64,000 nucleotides of DNA from contig JBEUKZ010000001.1 in assembly GCA_048128005.1 (NCBI GenBank), positions 1 through 64,000 on the forward strand. The letters are read 5' to 3'. Both the position numbers and the translations under genes were made by a program. The stretch's first letter is position 1, and the number at the start of each line of letters is the position of its first letter. This DNA is from Veleropilina oligotropha (Eukaryota). Positions 26,452 through 40,690 of the stretch are shown piece after piece. Below the pieces are notes generated by a model, which was not told the DNA's origin, ran no database searches, and saw only the letters and a program-made list of their open reading frames with translations.

Positions 26452-28158
26452 TGTTGCAACCGTAAATGTAATAGAAACCATAAATGTAATAATTATTACA
26501 TTTACGGTTGCAGTGCAACCGTAAATGTAATACAAATATTTTGTTACATTTACGGTTGAAATGCCTCATACCATCCGTAAATTTAATAAAATTCGAAACC
26601 GATTCCACACCTAAAACTTGATGATGAATTGATGCTTAGCGACCACGCCAACTGCATTTTAGTCATAAATCGGGTCAATGAACTTTGAATGGTAAAACGG
26701 ATTGGTGATGTGTGATATCGTTCATTAAACTTGATACTCCGAACGATTTGATCCACAACTTTTCATTAGTAGACAAGAAAAATATTCATTAATATAAATG
26801 AGATGTTCTATAATGCTACTGCGCATCAATTATGGAGGCTCCAATAACCTGACAAAACTTAATACCTAGTACTCAATAGTACAAACGTTTTGATGACGAC
26901 TAAATGCTTGTTTGAGATGTATTTCAGCTTCTCTATTATCGATCGTTCAACAATCATGTTTGATAAAGCTCAACCTCATGTCCGTATTATAGCGGGATGA
27001 AAGCCCACCGAGTTACCCTGGGAAACCTGCCGTCTCCGGCAAGTTACGGACAACTGTTGCTCATTACTGAACATAGAATGCCAATGCCCCAGCAGAGCAT
27101 CATCTCACAACTATTCGTGTCAGTGGTATCGAGCCAGTGAATTTAGAATCCGTACTCGGATCCAAAGCGATACCGAAGCGGCCACATGCAACAAAGGAAT
27201 CCGATATAGTAACCTTCATCCAGGTGACAAGAAATATGACGGCGAAAGCCAGAAATCTCAACGACCAATAGCTTACCTAATAGAGAGGACAAAGCGAAAA
27301 CCGGATCTTAACAGAGGACTACAAACACATGGTATAAGCCAAACATATCTACGACTGATTGTTTATCCAGTGGGGCAGAAAATAAATTAATCCGGAAATG
27401 ACGTCATCATATTCGGCCTCCGATCCTGATTTGGATACATTTTGATCTTTCCAACAACAAGGAACACGATGATGAAAGTCAGAAATCACTACTACGAGTA
27501 CATGCTACGGTGGAAAAGGAAACAGTAAATTAGAAAATAGCGTCATTAAATCTGGATCGGGATATTTTTTGTTGTATTTCCATGAATACTGTTGTGAAGT
27601 CAGAAATCATTACTTCTAATACAGGCTTCGGTGAAAAAGGAAAAGCAAAATCAGAAATGGCGTCATTTAATCTGGATCGGGATAATTTTTGTTGTATTCC
27701 ATGAATAATGTGTTGTTCTTAACCTTGTGTAAATTATGACAGAAATATGACAAGTAGATGCAGAGAAACAGTCGCGAACAGACAGACAAACATACACACA
27801 AACCGACTCAATTGCAATATTTTCTCCCACTGCACCGTAGGTGAAGGTAATAATTCAACTTGCAAGGGTATGCATACGGTACGGTGCAACAATCATGATG
27901 TCAAACTTTAATAGTATATAATTATTACATTTAACACATGTAACTACCATGACAGTGTTAGTGGAGTGTGGTATCGCAACTGTAAATGTAATAATTATTA
28001 CATTAACGGTTGCAGTGTAACCGTAAATGTAATAATTATTACATTTACGGTTGCAGTGCAACCATAAATGTAATAATTATTACATTAACGGTTGCAGTGC
28101 AACCGTAAATGTAATAATTATTACATTAATGGTTTTTATTACATTTACGGTTGCAACA
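26452..28158. mobile_element. Non-autonomous DNA transposon with TGTTGCAACC termini and 6-bp TSD
   Basis: TIR tgttgcaaccgtaaatgtaata / tattacatttacggttgcaaca; TSD CAGCAC (26446-26451, 28159-28164); subterminal palindromic repeats aaccgtaaatgtaataattattacatttacggtt. Confidence 0.8.
26940..27183 (-). mobile_element. tRNA-derived V-domain-type SINE (diverged)
   Basis: Reverse-complement similarity to 50241-50500 (gccgcttcggt..ttcactggct..). Confidence 0.65.
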
Positions 28159-28678
28159 CAGCACACGAAAGCTATCTGCTTATTAAGCAAATGGTCACGA
28201 ATGAAATTTTGCTGAGCTGATGGCTCTCGTTTGCGGCGAGCTTTATGTTAATTAATGTCGCTGATGCAAGATACTAGTAATGACGTCTGCTTCCTTAATT
28301 ACTCCCTTGCGAACGACAATTGTCACATCAATGAAATCCGGGTATGACACAATCTTCAAAGGCTCTTGGTGCTGGTGCACACTACCAGCAAACTTGATAC
28401 GGCCAATTTAAACCCAAACCGGACACCATACTTCCTATACATAATTGCGTTCGCGATCGTGGTCCATAGGAAATATGCACACATCGTGTTGTGGGCGAAT
28501 AAGGCCGTATCCCACCATTAATTTTACTCCATTCTATCATATAGCCTTAATTTGAACAGAATGTTAATCATTATTGATAGACATTTGATTAGGGGACTAT
28601 TTACTCCACGAATGAGCATACTTACATGTCCATTATTATTGCATGCAACCGTGGTAGTTGCACTGGCCTCTCACTCCA

Positions 28679-28908
28679 AAACTGTCCTCGGCGGCCCAAC
28701 TGGTTAGGGCGTCGGAAAAACGTTAAATGGGACGGTAGGATGTGGGTTCAAGCCCGCGCCGGCGTAGGTATTCTAACGCTTAAAACTAATAGATGGCATA
28801 TCCCTAATGTATGTCGGTCAGATCGGAGTGAGACCTTAAACCGGGTGTCCCGACTGCGCTAAGGCTGAAAAATTGCCACAGTGGTCGTAAAGCAAAATTA
28901 CCAACCAA
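28679..28908 (+). mobile_element. tRNA-derived SINE with Meta-like core, full length
   Basis: A-box ggcccaactggttag, B-box ggttcaagccc, core tcggagtgagaccttaaaccgggtgtccc, (CAAC)n tail, TSD cctctcactcca. Confidence 0.8.
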
Positions 28909-30576
28909 CCTCTCACTCCAGAGGTTTGGGGTTCAACTTCGATCCCGGCGACTTCCATTGGGCAAAAAATTAAGCATATATTTGCATCGGTTCAATTAAG
29001 CATATCATTGATAAATAACAAAAATAATATAGGTGACAATGGTTCTCCTTGCTGAACACCCTGCATTGAATAAAAAAATACTCTATTTATTGAGAGTGGG
29101 CACAGCGGCTCAACTATGCTTCCACTCGGATTTAAGTGATCGTCTGATATAATACAAACTGCATAAATCAAATAATTAAACTAATTAAATCCCAATACAA
29201 TATACAATTAGTGGTAATGTCATACTTATTTACTAGTATTTGGATATATTCGTTTTAACTGCAAGTTTACTACAGTAAAATAAAATAAGCCTAAATGAAT
29301 ATAGTTGCTAATGATGAACGCGTTGGGCCTATATCAGCTAGGTATATCAGCAAGGATAGTCTCTTTGACAATAGATCTTGTATATGAAAAATAATTATGA
29401 AATTAAGAAGCTAAAGAAAAGCAGTTGATGCCTTTCATGATTGGACATGCTTGCATGTAACCTTGTTGTTCAGTAAATGCGACTACTTCTGAAAGAATCC
29501 TGCATCATCTGATAATACTTCGGTTCGCATGGATTTACACAAAATTTGTAATGTTTTATTAAAGTTGCATGGCCCGTAAGTAGTGAAAACACTTAAACCA
29601 AAGACTGCACATATATTTTTGACACTTAGCCAAAGTTAGAAACTTTGCAATTTTTCCCAAAAATTCAAGATAAACAGAATCCGATTTTATTATTGGAGTG
29701 ACAGACATTTCGTCGAAAGACATTTCGTAAAGTTGGGCACTGTCGAAGTTAACTAGGGCATTGTGAAAAGTTGAGCTGCAACAGTATCACTGATTTACTA
29801 TATTATAATGTTGTATTGACCGAAATGACAGAATTCTTGGTAATTATAATGCCGGCTACATCGAACAATTTCAGCGACGAGCACCGATTTTTTTATTATA
29901 AAACAGGAAACAATGTAGGTTCTTTCACCATGAATCATCAAAACTTTTTATAACATCCACATATATGTAAGATATTGTACGACATTATGCGATAAACATG
30001 GGCAATACACTTTTAAGACTAAAACAAATTAAACATTGCAACCGTGGATTTAGTGCACTATTGGTGACTAATATACGTCCATAATGTTACAGCATCGATT
30101 CATGAACGATTAAAGTCGTTATGAACAGGACACCAGGGTTCAAATCCCGGTGTGGCGAACTTTGAGGGGCAACATACTCTGTGGGGCTGATGAGTCTACA
30201 ATGCACTGACTAGAGTCAGGTCTCCTTCAGCTTGTGTAATTTGTCAATTACATGTACAGTACAGTACTAGCAATATGATCGTATCAATTATTATGTTATA
30301 TTTGCAAAGCAGGCCTACGAATTAACGACTAAACTACATTTGTCTGCACAGTTGGTAAAAAAATTTATAGGCCTAAATATAATATTCGCTTCTCCATGCC
30401 GCCGCGCACACAAAAACATAGGCCTTCAGGAAATTTACTTGACTAACCTGTTTATATTTAGATACTAGTATACACCCAAATAACCAAGTTTGCATATAAG
30501 ATAAGCCTACTCTATTAAATCATGACAAAATAATAATGATAACGCTGTTGTCACATTCGAAAATAGGCCTATACTA

Positions 30577-31230
30577 ATTGTATCCCCCGAAACGAAAGTG
30601 TCGAGGGATACTATGATTTAGCATCCGTTACGCCGCGTCCGCCGAGAGATTCCTCGTGATCGCTCTAGACAAGCCGTTTCCCAACGGAATGTTTTCAAAT
30701 TTGGTATGTGCATTGGTTGGGGCGAGGAAACGACACCTATAAAATTTGGGTTTGGTCAGACCTCCAAGATGGCTGCTGTGGCCTCCATCTTGAATTTTGA
30801 GCAGCATTCCTCGTGATCGCTCTAGGCAAGCAGTTTCCAAACGGAATGTTTTCAAATTTGGTATGTGCATTGGTTGGGGCGAGGACACGACACTTATATA
30901 TTTTGGGTGTGGTCCGACCTCTAAGATGGTTGCCAGGACCACCATAATTGCTTGTGATTGTTCTAGACAGACCATTTCTTAACGGAATGTATTCAATTTG
31001 GTATGCGCATTGGTTTGGGCGAGGACACGGCACCTAGATATTTTGGATGTGGTCCGACCTCTAAGATGGCCGCTGTGGCCTCCATCTTGGATTTTAAAGC
31101 GTAATTCCTTGTGATCGCTCTCTAGACAGGCCTTTTCTTAACGGAATGCTTTCACATTTGGTATGTGCATTCCATCCTGGATTACCGGGGGATAGATATG
31201 CGGTTACTCGTGACTGAGCGTTCTAGTTTT
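30577..31230 (-). mobile_element. HINE/pearl-like element with ~157-bp internal tandem repeats (~3.5 units)
   Basis: Same termini as 544-838 in reverse; units begin ttcctcgtgatcgctctag at ~30650, 30807, 30948 and 31105. Confidence 0.8.
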
Positions 31231-33915
31231 ATATGCGCGCAACATGGTGTGCAGAAGAGAATATATCTATTTCGCCAACAGCACAGGTAAAACACACTGC
31301 TATGGACGAAACGTTGTTTACTTGTTAATTTCTACATTCGAAAAAGTAACATTATAATAATTGATAAAGTAGCTAGGCCTAACTGACAGATTACACAATA
31401 TTAGGGGACCCGACTCAGTCAACTCACAGTAGACTAATTGCCACGCATGTGCAGACATCGCATCTGCCTCTCCAAATTCGCCACACCGGGTGTGCAGGGA
31501 ATGTTTCATAGGCATAATGATACGACATGGACCATCGAAAAGGCAAATCAAGCTTCTCAGTTCTGAACTTTGTAAATTGTAATACTAGATAGTAGATTCA
31601 AACAACAGATGTGTTTGGTCATTAACTTGGCGAATATTTGATAAAAAAAATAATTCATTTAATAGCTAAACAATAACAAACAAATATAAGAGTGTCATCT
31701 GTGAGTGGTAACAAGTCGATGTTTTTGCATGATCGATTTTGCTCATATTTCTGGTTTGCATCAATGGCCCGTGAATCCATCATATTTAGTTAGAAAAATC
31801 AAATTAGCTGCATGATTATTATAATGAACTAATTTAGTGTAAACACAATATTTCTTTGGTGGCAATTCGTGTATTCCGTACTTCTTGTCCACACCTTGCA
31901 AGTTGTTACATTTTTCCGTGTCAAATTTTCGACAATTTCGGAATTTAATCCAAGTCTTCGAAGTTTCTTAGATGACATATATGCACAACATAACCAACGT
32001 CACGAGAACATATATCTATCACGCGCCCCGCACATTTATCGCAAAAGTTGGTCATTATTTGATTGGCGCTTGGAATGTGTAACAGACTTCTTCGTGCGCA
32101 ACAAGTTTCAAACATTATTAGTAGAATATTTAACTTCACAGTTGCACAGTTCGCAATAAAGTGTGAAAATAACAAAAATAGATCTTCTCAACAAGTGTCT
32201 TTTTATTCTAAGTTATTTTATCGAAATTCGATATTAAATCTACTACATTGCCAATCAAATTATGTCAAGCAAATGTGTTATCACACGTTCAGTTTCTATA
32301 ATTTATCAAATTATGTCACCACGTACACCACGAATTAAGTTCCTGAACTGTTGAACTCCACTGATTTCTTCAGTCATTAATTTCCAAAAAAGCAGACTTT
32401 GACTTCATATTGCAAAATGAGTTTTCTGCTAAAGTTCGGATGGTCACGTGAGACTTTACTTCTCGATGATTGGTCAAAAAGTTTTCAGTCGACAAAAATA
32501 GAACAAGTCGCAATATTGCAATAGAACTGCGCATATTTGAAACACGCACGTGCAGTTTATCACATATTTTGTGCAATTTGATAACTATTGCCCGTAAATG
32601 CGCTCTTTTGCACGAGTTGTCCTGACACCATCTATTGCCCGGTTCGCGCAGATTGATACAAATTTCGCGAAGATATGATCAAATGATAGACTTTTATTGA
32701 AATTATTATTGTAACTGGGCAATATGTTTTGTTTAAAAATCGCCTAGATGAGCATTTTAAGAAGCAGGGCAGGTTATACTCCAACAACGTTAGAGCCTGC
32801 TATAGTTCCTAATCAGAAAGGCACGTCAACCCGGTCTCATATGTTATAGGAGTAGGCAGGTTATAGAGGACAAGACAACTTAAATGGTTTTTTTTATATG
32901 AGTTACAGTAATGTGCTTTCTAAACCCACACAAATTATATTTAATCAATATATGTTGTCAAGTAGAAAGCTATCTTACTTGACGAGCAGAAACCAACGCA
33001 ACTGTGCTCCAACTAGGTCAATTGGAAATGCACTCGGTGCGAGGTAATTAAACGCGGACCCGTTTATTATTTTTAAATATTCAGTAGCGATTAATTTAAA
33101 CGGTAGCAAATTACTGACGAAAGTTGAGTGCTGAAAATTCCTAACTTTTTATGTTATAAACAAAAAGTGTAATGCTGTTAGTTTTCTTTTTAAAAAAGAA
33201 AGCGCATTTACGGCCAATAGTCTCTTTAAAAGCAACATTTTACCATTTTTTAAACAAATGTAATTTTGCCAAATTTAAAATTTTCCAACAAATAATGTCT
33301 GTCAGGTAGAATGCTAAAATAGACCATGCACAAACAGAAATCAGACAAACAATGTTCAAATGCATTATGTATTTCATTAGGTCATGATCGAAGATGTGGC
33401 ACGAATGGTGAACATTGTATTCTTCATTTTCATAGCAAAAATCTTTTTGCCTGATGGTTAACGGGACAAAGCATATAGTCTCCCAAATCATTCATTGGAC
33501 TGCTTTCACCAGAGTGGCCGTGAATCTTCACCTCAGCACCTAGCAGTCACAGATATACATAACTGGTTGATGCGGGTGGGTTTCGATCCTCGAGTGAGCA
33601 GGCATTTTTTCTGCGACAGTATTGGCATGTCACAGTATGATATTGAGGGATGTTAAAATGATACTTAAAGGGGCACTCGATACCTGGAATTCAAGGAAAA
33701 TCACTGATTTTCTCTAACGAGGCTGTGACTATTTATAGAACCCCTTTACTAGCGTGCGCTAGACTCGCGACTTAATTGTCGTGTCCTAATTTTATCTTTC
33801 TAGGTTGAACGAGTCGAGAGATATGTCTGTTTATGTATTTTACACTTATTTGACTTTGGTGATGTTGACCTTCGATATTATAAACAAGAAAGGATGTTTG
33901 CCTCTCTAAAATGTC

Positions 33916-34952
33916 CTATTTTGTACTCTTATATTCTGCACCATTAATGTAAAGCTTGTCTAGCACAAGGTTCACTTTCGCTGTCGGATCTCTGTTCCTT
34001 ATTTCTCTCATTATCGGAATCAGTTGTTTTCTCAAGGATATTGTTCGCAGAGTCCATATGTTGTGTTCTTTAGTTTCCCCCTTTCTTGCGCGCTTCCTCC
34101 TTATCATTAAACCTTTAGAATTTAACAACGATTGGTCGAGGTAGACTATTGGCACCAGTATTTCTTCTGCCTATTCTGTGTGCCCTGTCAATGGTAATTT
34201 TTTCGTTAGCTTGTTCAATGCCTAGAGAGTTATCACAAAAGTCCAATATTTTGTTAGTACGGTTTTCATCCCGATCCTCCTGTATACCGAAAAGTAGTAC
34301 ATTTTCTCGCATCGATCTCGCTTGTAGTTCAAGAATGTCTCGTTGTGTCTGTGCCCATAACGTCACAACTTGTTTTATATTCTTTGCTAATGACCTCTAC
34401 TTGATTTCGTAACATTTCAATATTTTTTGACAACTTAAGTGATGTGACTTTTTCTCTTCTAACATGTTACTTTCAGTTTGAAACTGTGCACTTTTGTCGA
34501 TTTCGAACATCCTTTGATCCATAATAGTAATGGTGTTATCAATGGTATTCATTTTTAACAATATCGTATTTATTATCTTCTCCAAACTGTCAATTTTATC
34601 TAGATTGGCTTTCATCTGCTTCATATTATCCATTAGCTCACTTGCCCAAGCTGGACACTAGTTGTTGCTGCTGTGGTTGTTGAAATTGACTATAGTTCGT
34701 TTGTGGTGGTGGATAGACAGAATATTTATATTGATTAACAGGATTAAGAGTGTTCTGATTCGCGATGGTGGAGTGTTGAAGAGTACTTTTTACTGGTAAG
34801 TTACTATTTTCGATATTATCGCCTCCTGTACATTGATTTTGCTGTTGGACAGTAGCGATTTATTGATTCTGTACATCCGATTTATTACGTTGTTTTTTCT
34901 ATGGCGGTTTCGAAATTTTATCCTGCTTATGCAAAGCTGCTTTGGGTGGCAT
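33916..34952 (-). pseudogene. LINE ORF1-like protein remnant (coiled coil + RRM + CTD)
   Basis: LQARSMRENVLLFGIQE...IDRAHRIGRR...PRPIVVKF and LRKQLIPIMRE...LVLDKLYING, with frameshifts, stops and an internal deletion. Confidence 0.8.
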
Positions 34953-35426
34953 GATAAATTATTTAAGCGTTCGAGTGCAGAATTTCGATATTTTTGGAAA
35001 TATAAATTATAATATAATGCACGAATGTAATAGTGTTAAAAATATTATTGCTTCATCATGATGCACAATATTTTCAGCATTGCATTTTCCAAGTAAATTG
35101 AAACAAGTTCATGTAATTTATTATTATTTGAATAAGTAGGGAGATCGTACAGGCGCATCCTATCTCACTGCTTAGCTGTGAAGGAAACATCATGAAGAAA
35201 CAAGCTTGTACATAAAGTTGTTTTCCGCCGTACAAATGAACAATTTATTGAAATTTATTATAACACCGTGAACACTCTAAAGGCAATAGTGTGGAATAAT
35301 GGTCTATTTTATGAACTCAACAATTTGGAATTAGTGGATCGTTGTTAACATGGCTTGAAAATTATTTTATCATGTAGGTAAAAACTTGTAAGAATAAACT
35401 CCGATACATCAGAGAAAATGCATTTA

Positions 35427-35520
35427 GGGACTGGTCATTTATTATAGAGGGGGGGCGGGGGGGGAGATGGGAGGTGGGTCATGACAAAAGACACAGGCTT
35501 TATAATAAATGACCAGTCCC
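35427..35520. mobile_element. 94-bp PIF/Harbinger (Tourist-like) MITE
   Basis: TIR GGGACTGGTCATTTATTATA, perfect on both ends, TTA TSD. Confidence 0.8.
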
Positions 35521-36997
35521 TTAACAGCGGATGTTCCTCAAGATCAGTAGTCTCCTGATATTATTCATTCGCCCAATGCCTAGTGTAGTATTCAAATTAA
35601 CTTTCGCTATTTTGCGAGCATGTCGCCAAAATCTTGTGGCCATGACATCCACACAGTATTTTTAATAGCCCCCATGGGTCATTCGTATCAGTAACAGCAT
35701 AGTACTTAAAATGATAGTGATATCTAATTAGTGAAGATCACTTGTTGGTTATCGTAATTGCTCATGATTGCATGATTCCCCTGAGAAGAGGATTAGAAGG
35801 ACAGCTGCGATATGTCCAGATGTAAATAAATAATGGCAAAATATAAAGTGCCGTTGTTTAATGATACATTTATAATACCATGCACATGAAAGAAACTAGC
35901 CCTGCATATATAATATAATCAAATCAGCCCACGTACAAGATGCATGGCTCGCTTTCGAACGTCTTCTACATGTCTCTAACAAAACAGCAAACTTCAAGTC
36001 TAGTTGGAAACAACGTGCAAACAATAATAAGCATTATGGTCGGAATATAGTAGGCAACGGTGGCGAGGAAAACCCAATGTACACATACTTCCCAAAGTAA
36101 ATTGCAATGCAGTGAAAAATCACAAAAGCAAATGTACAGAAATACATGACGTAATACCATATTCCACCGGGCGCTATGTTTGCTTTCGTCAGTTCCGGAT
36201 TGCTGGAAATTTCAGGATATATGGCCTCATACCACAATTAAATTTGCTATGGTCTATCATATAGGATTAGCCCTGCACACTCTAGCATGTACACACAGTT
36301 TGATAGACATTCCATTCTCTCAAGAAATATTTACATACATGTATGGTACATTTAATGAAAAATTCGCTATCTGGTGACCGGCTACATTTTTTGCTACATC
36401 CATTTATGCTTACCCTCTAGCATACATGGGCAAATTACACACTCACCGCGGAGGGATAGGGCACAAGTAAAAACATGCTTGTTTAAAAAAGAACACTCAG
36501 ATAGTGATTAATTGCATACTTGATGAAACATAGACATCTTCTCAATGAGATGCAGTGAAAAATCACACCAGCAAATGTACAGGAATACATAAAGTAACAC
36601 CATTCCACAGGACACTATTTGTGCTTTCGTCACATCCGGATAGATGTACAATAAAAAATGTACGACATTTTCCGTTGCATGACAGGTATAGATTTCAGCG
36701 GAATATTTTCAGACATGAAATTACCTTACGGTCAAACATGGACTTGTTGTAATTTTGTACCTGCATTTTCAATTTTCTTTCAATAACCACTCATGCTGTT
36801 GTGCTACAGTTCTCTGTGGGTAAAAAAGTTATAATTAGACAATGCATTATCTTTAAAGTTGCATTGCCCGAAAGTATCGAAAACGCATTTAATTCTAAAC
36901 CCCAGACCGGAAATGTATTTTTTCCACTGAACTAAAGTTAGAAACTTTGCAATTTTTCAAAAAAATTATATTCTGAAGCGCCTATGAATTAAAAGTT

Positions 36998-37760
36998 AAA
37001 CAAGAGCCCCGTTAGAAAACGGATTCATCCCCCGCGTTCCGCAATCTCTCGATTATAAACGTTAACCATAATTTCTATGTCTAATACATCAAGTATATTC
37101 AATATTTATAAAAAATAATATTCAATATCATTGCTAGAGTAAAAGGTGGTATCGATATAAGCATCCCCAAAGAATATGTACCCGGTATGCATTAATGTCA
37201 TGAAGCAACGCAAATTCGCTTAACTTTAACCAAAAATGTCCACACCCACGAATTTCACATGTTATATTTATATTACATAATTTCCAGATTATCAAATAGT
37301 CAACAGTGAAGTATATGGATGTAAAACAGTGCCTAGAACAACCCATATGAGTCCCTTGAACAAATTAAACTTTAACCAATTCTTATTTTATGCAATAATT
37401 ATATTAAATTTAATTCAAAATTATTTCCATAGTATCATATGACATTCATAATATAAATATCAATGCATATATACACCAAAATGTTGTTTCAGCATCCCAT
37501 ACAAACTCAATGAAAAACTTTAACCAGAAACTTTAACCAAAATTTCTATGTTAAAAACACCAACATTTATGTGTTAATTATATTAATTTGTATTCAATCA
37601 CACTTCCAGAGTACCAGGTGTCATCCATATAATGCCTACAAAAGCATATATATATGTCAAAAAGTCTCATGAGCATGATATATACCCTCAATTCGAAACT
37701 TTAACCAAATTGATTATGGACGTACGGACGGACATGGCAACAACAATATCACTACTGCCA
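36998..37760 (+). mobile_element. HINE/pearl-like element with internal degenerate tandem repeats
   Basis: aacaagagccccg start, repeated aactttaacca units, (GGAC)n near the 3' end. Confidence 0.55.
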
Positions 37761-38629
37761 TTCAACCCCAAATTTTGATATGAAATGCAACATTGCGTTT
37801 GCTCAAGTATTAAGGCTCATGCAGTATCTCTAAATCCATAAAATGTTTTAAATAAAATCATTTATTGAAATTTAAAAATTATTTATATTTAAAATTCAAT
37901 TACATGTAAAGAAATTTAAAATATTAGTAAATGATCGTTTCCGTGAACAAATATTTCATATTATTAATAAGGTTATCTTACACATATTAACAATTTAAAT
38001 ATTAAAACTAGAGACTGTTATTCACAAATGTGTGCATAAAATATAGATGCTCATCGCTAGATGTAGGCCAAGTTGGCTGACGAATGTCTGGCGGATGAAT
38101 GGACGAACAGGCATCCCAACGCTATTTGTCCCGCCAGACTTTAGTCGCGAGGTATAAAAATGACCATTTTTGTTCACAATGTATTAATTACTATAACACG
38201 CTTGTTAGAACTTGAAAGAGTTTATTACGTCGCTGTTTTTGAAGCAGTGACCGACATTGGACGCCATTATGCCCGAGTACGCCTGTGAGATAGGTCCAAA
38301 GCTACCTTGAGACTTACACAATTTCATACTCAGCGGGAGCACGATCTCAGACCGAGTGTTTATAATCATGATTTCTGAGTTTGAGTACGAAACAGTCGTC
38401 AGAGTCTGAGATCGTACTCAGTAGATCTTTATAATCTTGGGCCCAGCTTTCTTTTAATGCATAGAGCAATATTAACCACTTTAGAAAATGAAAAGAACAA
38501 GTGTTTATCACTAAAGTGGCAATAGTCCTCTCGCCTACGTTATGGAGTACATCTATGAAGCCAAATGAACGTATGCCGATATATAGGTAAAGAGTTGCCT
38601 GTGAAAAGAGAAATGTGGTGAAATGGTGT

Positions 38630-38953
38630 CTATGAACCAAAAGTAAATGAAATCAGTTCACAAATATGAGCATGTTCACTAAATATGAACAGTAGTTATC
38701 GTCCGTAAAACAAATCGGCGCCGAAATTCTATTTTTAGTAACGGATCACATGACCTTTGGCGTACCGACCAGAAAAGCAATCCCAAGTGACCTCTCCTCA
38801 TAAGCAACCCGTGTACGAAATATGAACATAATCGCTCAAAGAGAACGATAATTTTCATCCGGAAACCAAAGCGTGACAGACAGACGGACGGACGGGCAGA
38901 CAGACAGAGGGTACAAAAACAATAAATTTCCCCACAGGGTAGGGGAGACATAA
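38630..38953 (+). mobile_element. HINE-like element 3' portion
   Basis: (GACA/GACG)n followed by the stem-loop tccccacagggtaggggaga. Confidence 0.55.
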
Positions 38954-39521
38954 TAATACTCCGGTTTTATATATTTTATAGCGCATTATTATGCTAGTGT
39001 CTCAATGCGCTGAACATTATTACCCCTGGTTAGAGACCTGTTGCACTCGTTATGCCATCTCAACTCCCTCTGGGAGCATTACAGTCATGTATTGATATTG
39101 CCGGATATGTCGTCACTCGCAGACCGCTCGATCTCTGCTGTTATGTAACACATCTGCCTAATAAGGCCATCGGACGACGCCTGCCAATCAGGGCAGGTTC
39201 CCACAGTGTTCCCGCCACATCCTTTGTTTACAGGGACCAATGACCAAACGCTTGCTTTCATTGGCCGATTTATAGATTCTGAAGGAATTCATTTGAATAA
39301 TATCTATACGAAACGTGGCACCTTATAGATAAAGACCCAATAAGTCGGTTCTATAACATACGAAACAAAATTGATTTTCTGCATTTTGGGAGCATTTCTC
39401 ACATAAAATATTATTAGGTCGCAAAAAGACCCAATAAAATCGAAAAGACCCAATAAAATATAGAAGACCCAATAGTTCGGGTATGAGACTTACATTAGAC
39501 CCAATAAGACGGTGTTTATAA

Positions 39522-39982
<461 letters not shown>

Positions 39983-40260
39983 GTGTAATGGATATGTGAC
40001 AAAAAAGGGCCAAGATGTTCAATTTTGGCAGAAAGTGTGAAACTTTGCTTATAGGGGTTTTAAGACCTGCTGATTGCAAAAAAACAGGGTAACAAGCGAT
40101 CAGAAAAAGGCTTCATGCTCAAAAATGAGATTATTTATGATGGAGGATAATAATGTTTTGTAAAACATGGTAACTTATTTCGTTCCACTACTTATTTCGT
40201 TAAATTTATGTGAAAAATATATGCAACAACAGTACAGCGCACATTTATTGTATTATACGA

Positions 40261-40690
40261 TTTCATAATAGTGATATAAATCTATAGAAGTGATATCAGC
40301 ACTGTGCCGCGCCGGTAGCCGTGTGGTCTCGAGTAACGACTCTGAATTCACCGATTTGTCTGCTATGACTAACAGGAGTGCGATGGAATATTGTATTACT
40401 GTATATGAGTTCATAATTGTGATATGAATCTATAAAAGTGATATCAGCAGTGTGCCATACCGGTAGCCGTGTGGTGTCTAGTGACTACTCTGAAATCACC
40501 GATTTGTCTGCTATGACTAACAGGAGTGCGATGGAACATTGTTTGGGAGAATGACATTCTTTGTTCAGTTACCTACCACTATTGTCCGTAACAGGCCGGA
40601 AAGGTTTCCGGGCTTTTCTTCCGTGATAAAATGGACATGGCCTTGTTTGAAACTGAAGGTTATAAATATACAAGACATTAAACATCGATC
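40261..40690 (+). mobile_element. V-type SINE whose head was tandemly duplicated (150-bp period)
   Basis: ttcataat.gtgatat.aatctata.aagtgatatcagca.tgtgcc..ccggtagccgtgtgg occurs at 40261 and 40411; V-like core at ~40600. Confidence 0.65.

Larger units (their letters stand above)
26087..28228. mobile_element. MITE with ~60-bp TIRs, split by a nested element
   Basis: agccatcagctcagcaaaatttcattcgtgaccatttgcttaa..gcagatggctttcgtgtgc and its reverse complement at 28161-28225; TSD not resolved. Confidence 0.75.

Noticed and set aside
31869..32159. EFNPSLRSFL resembling the DUF3504 EPSSLRS motif
   Set aside because: Single short motif with no supporting flanking similarity.
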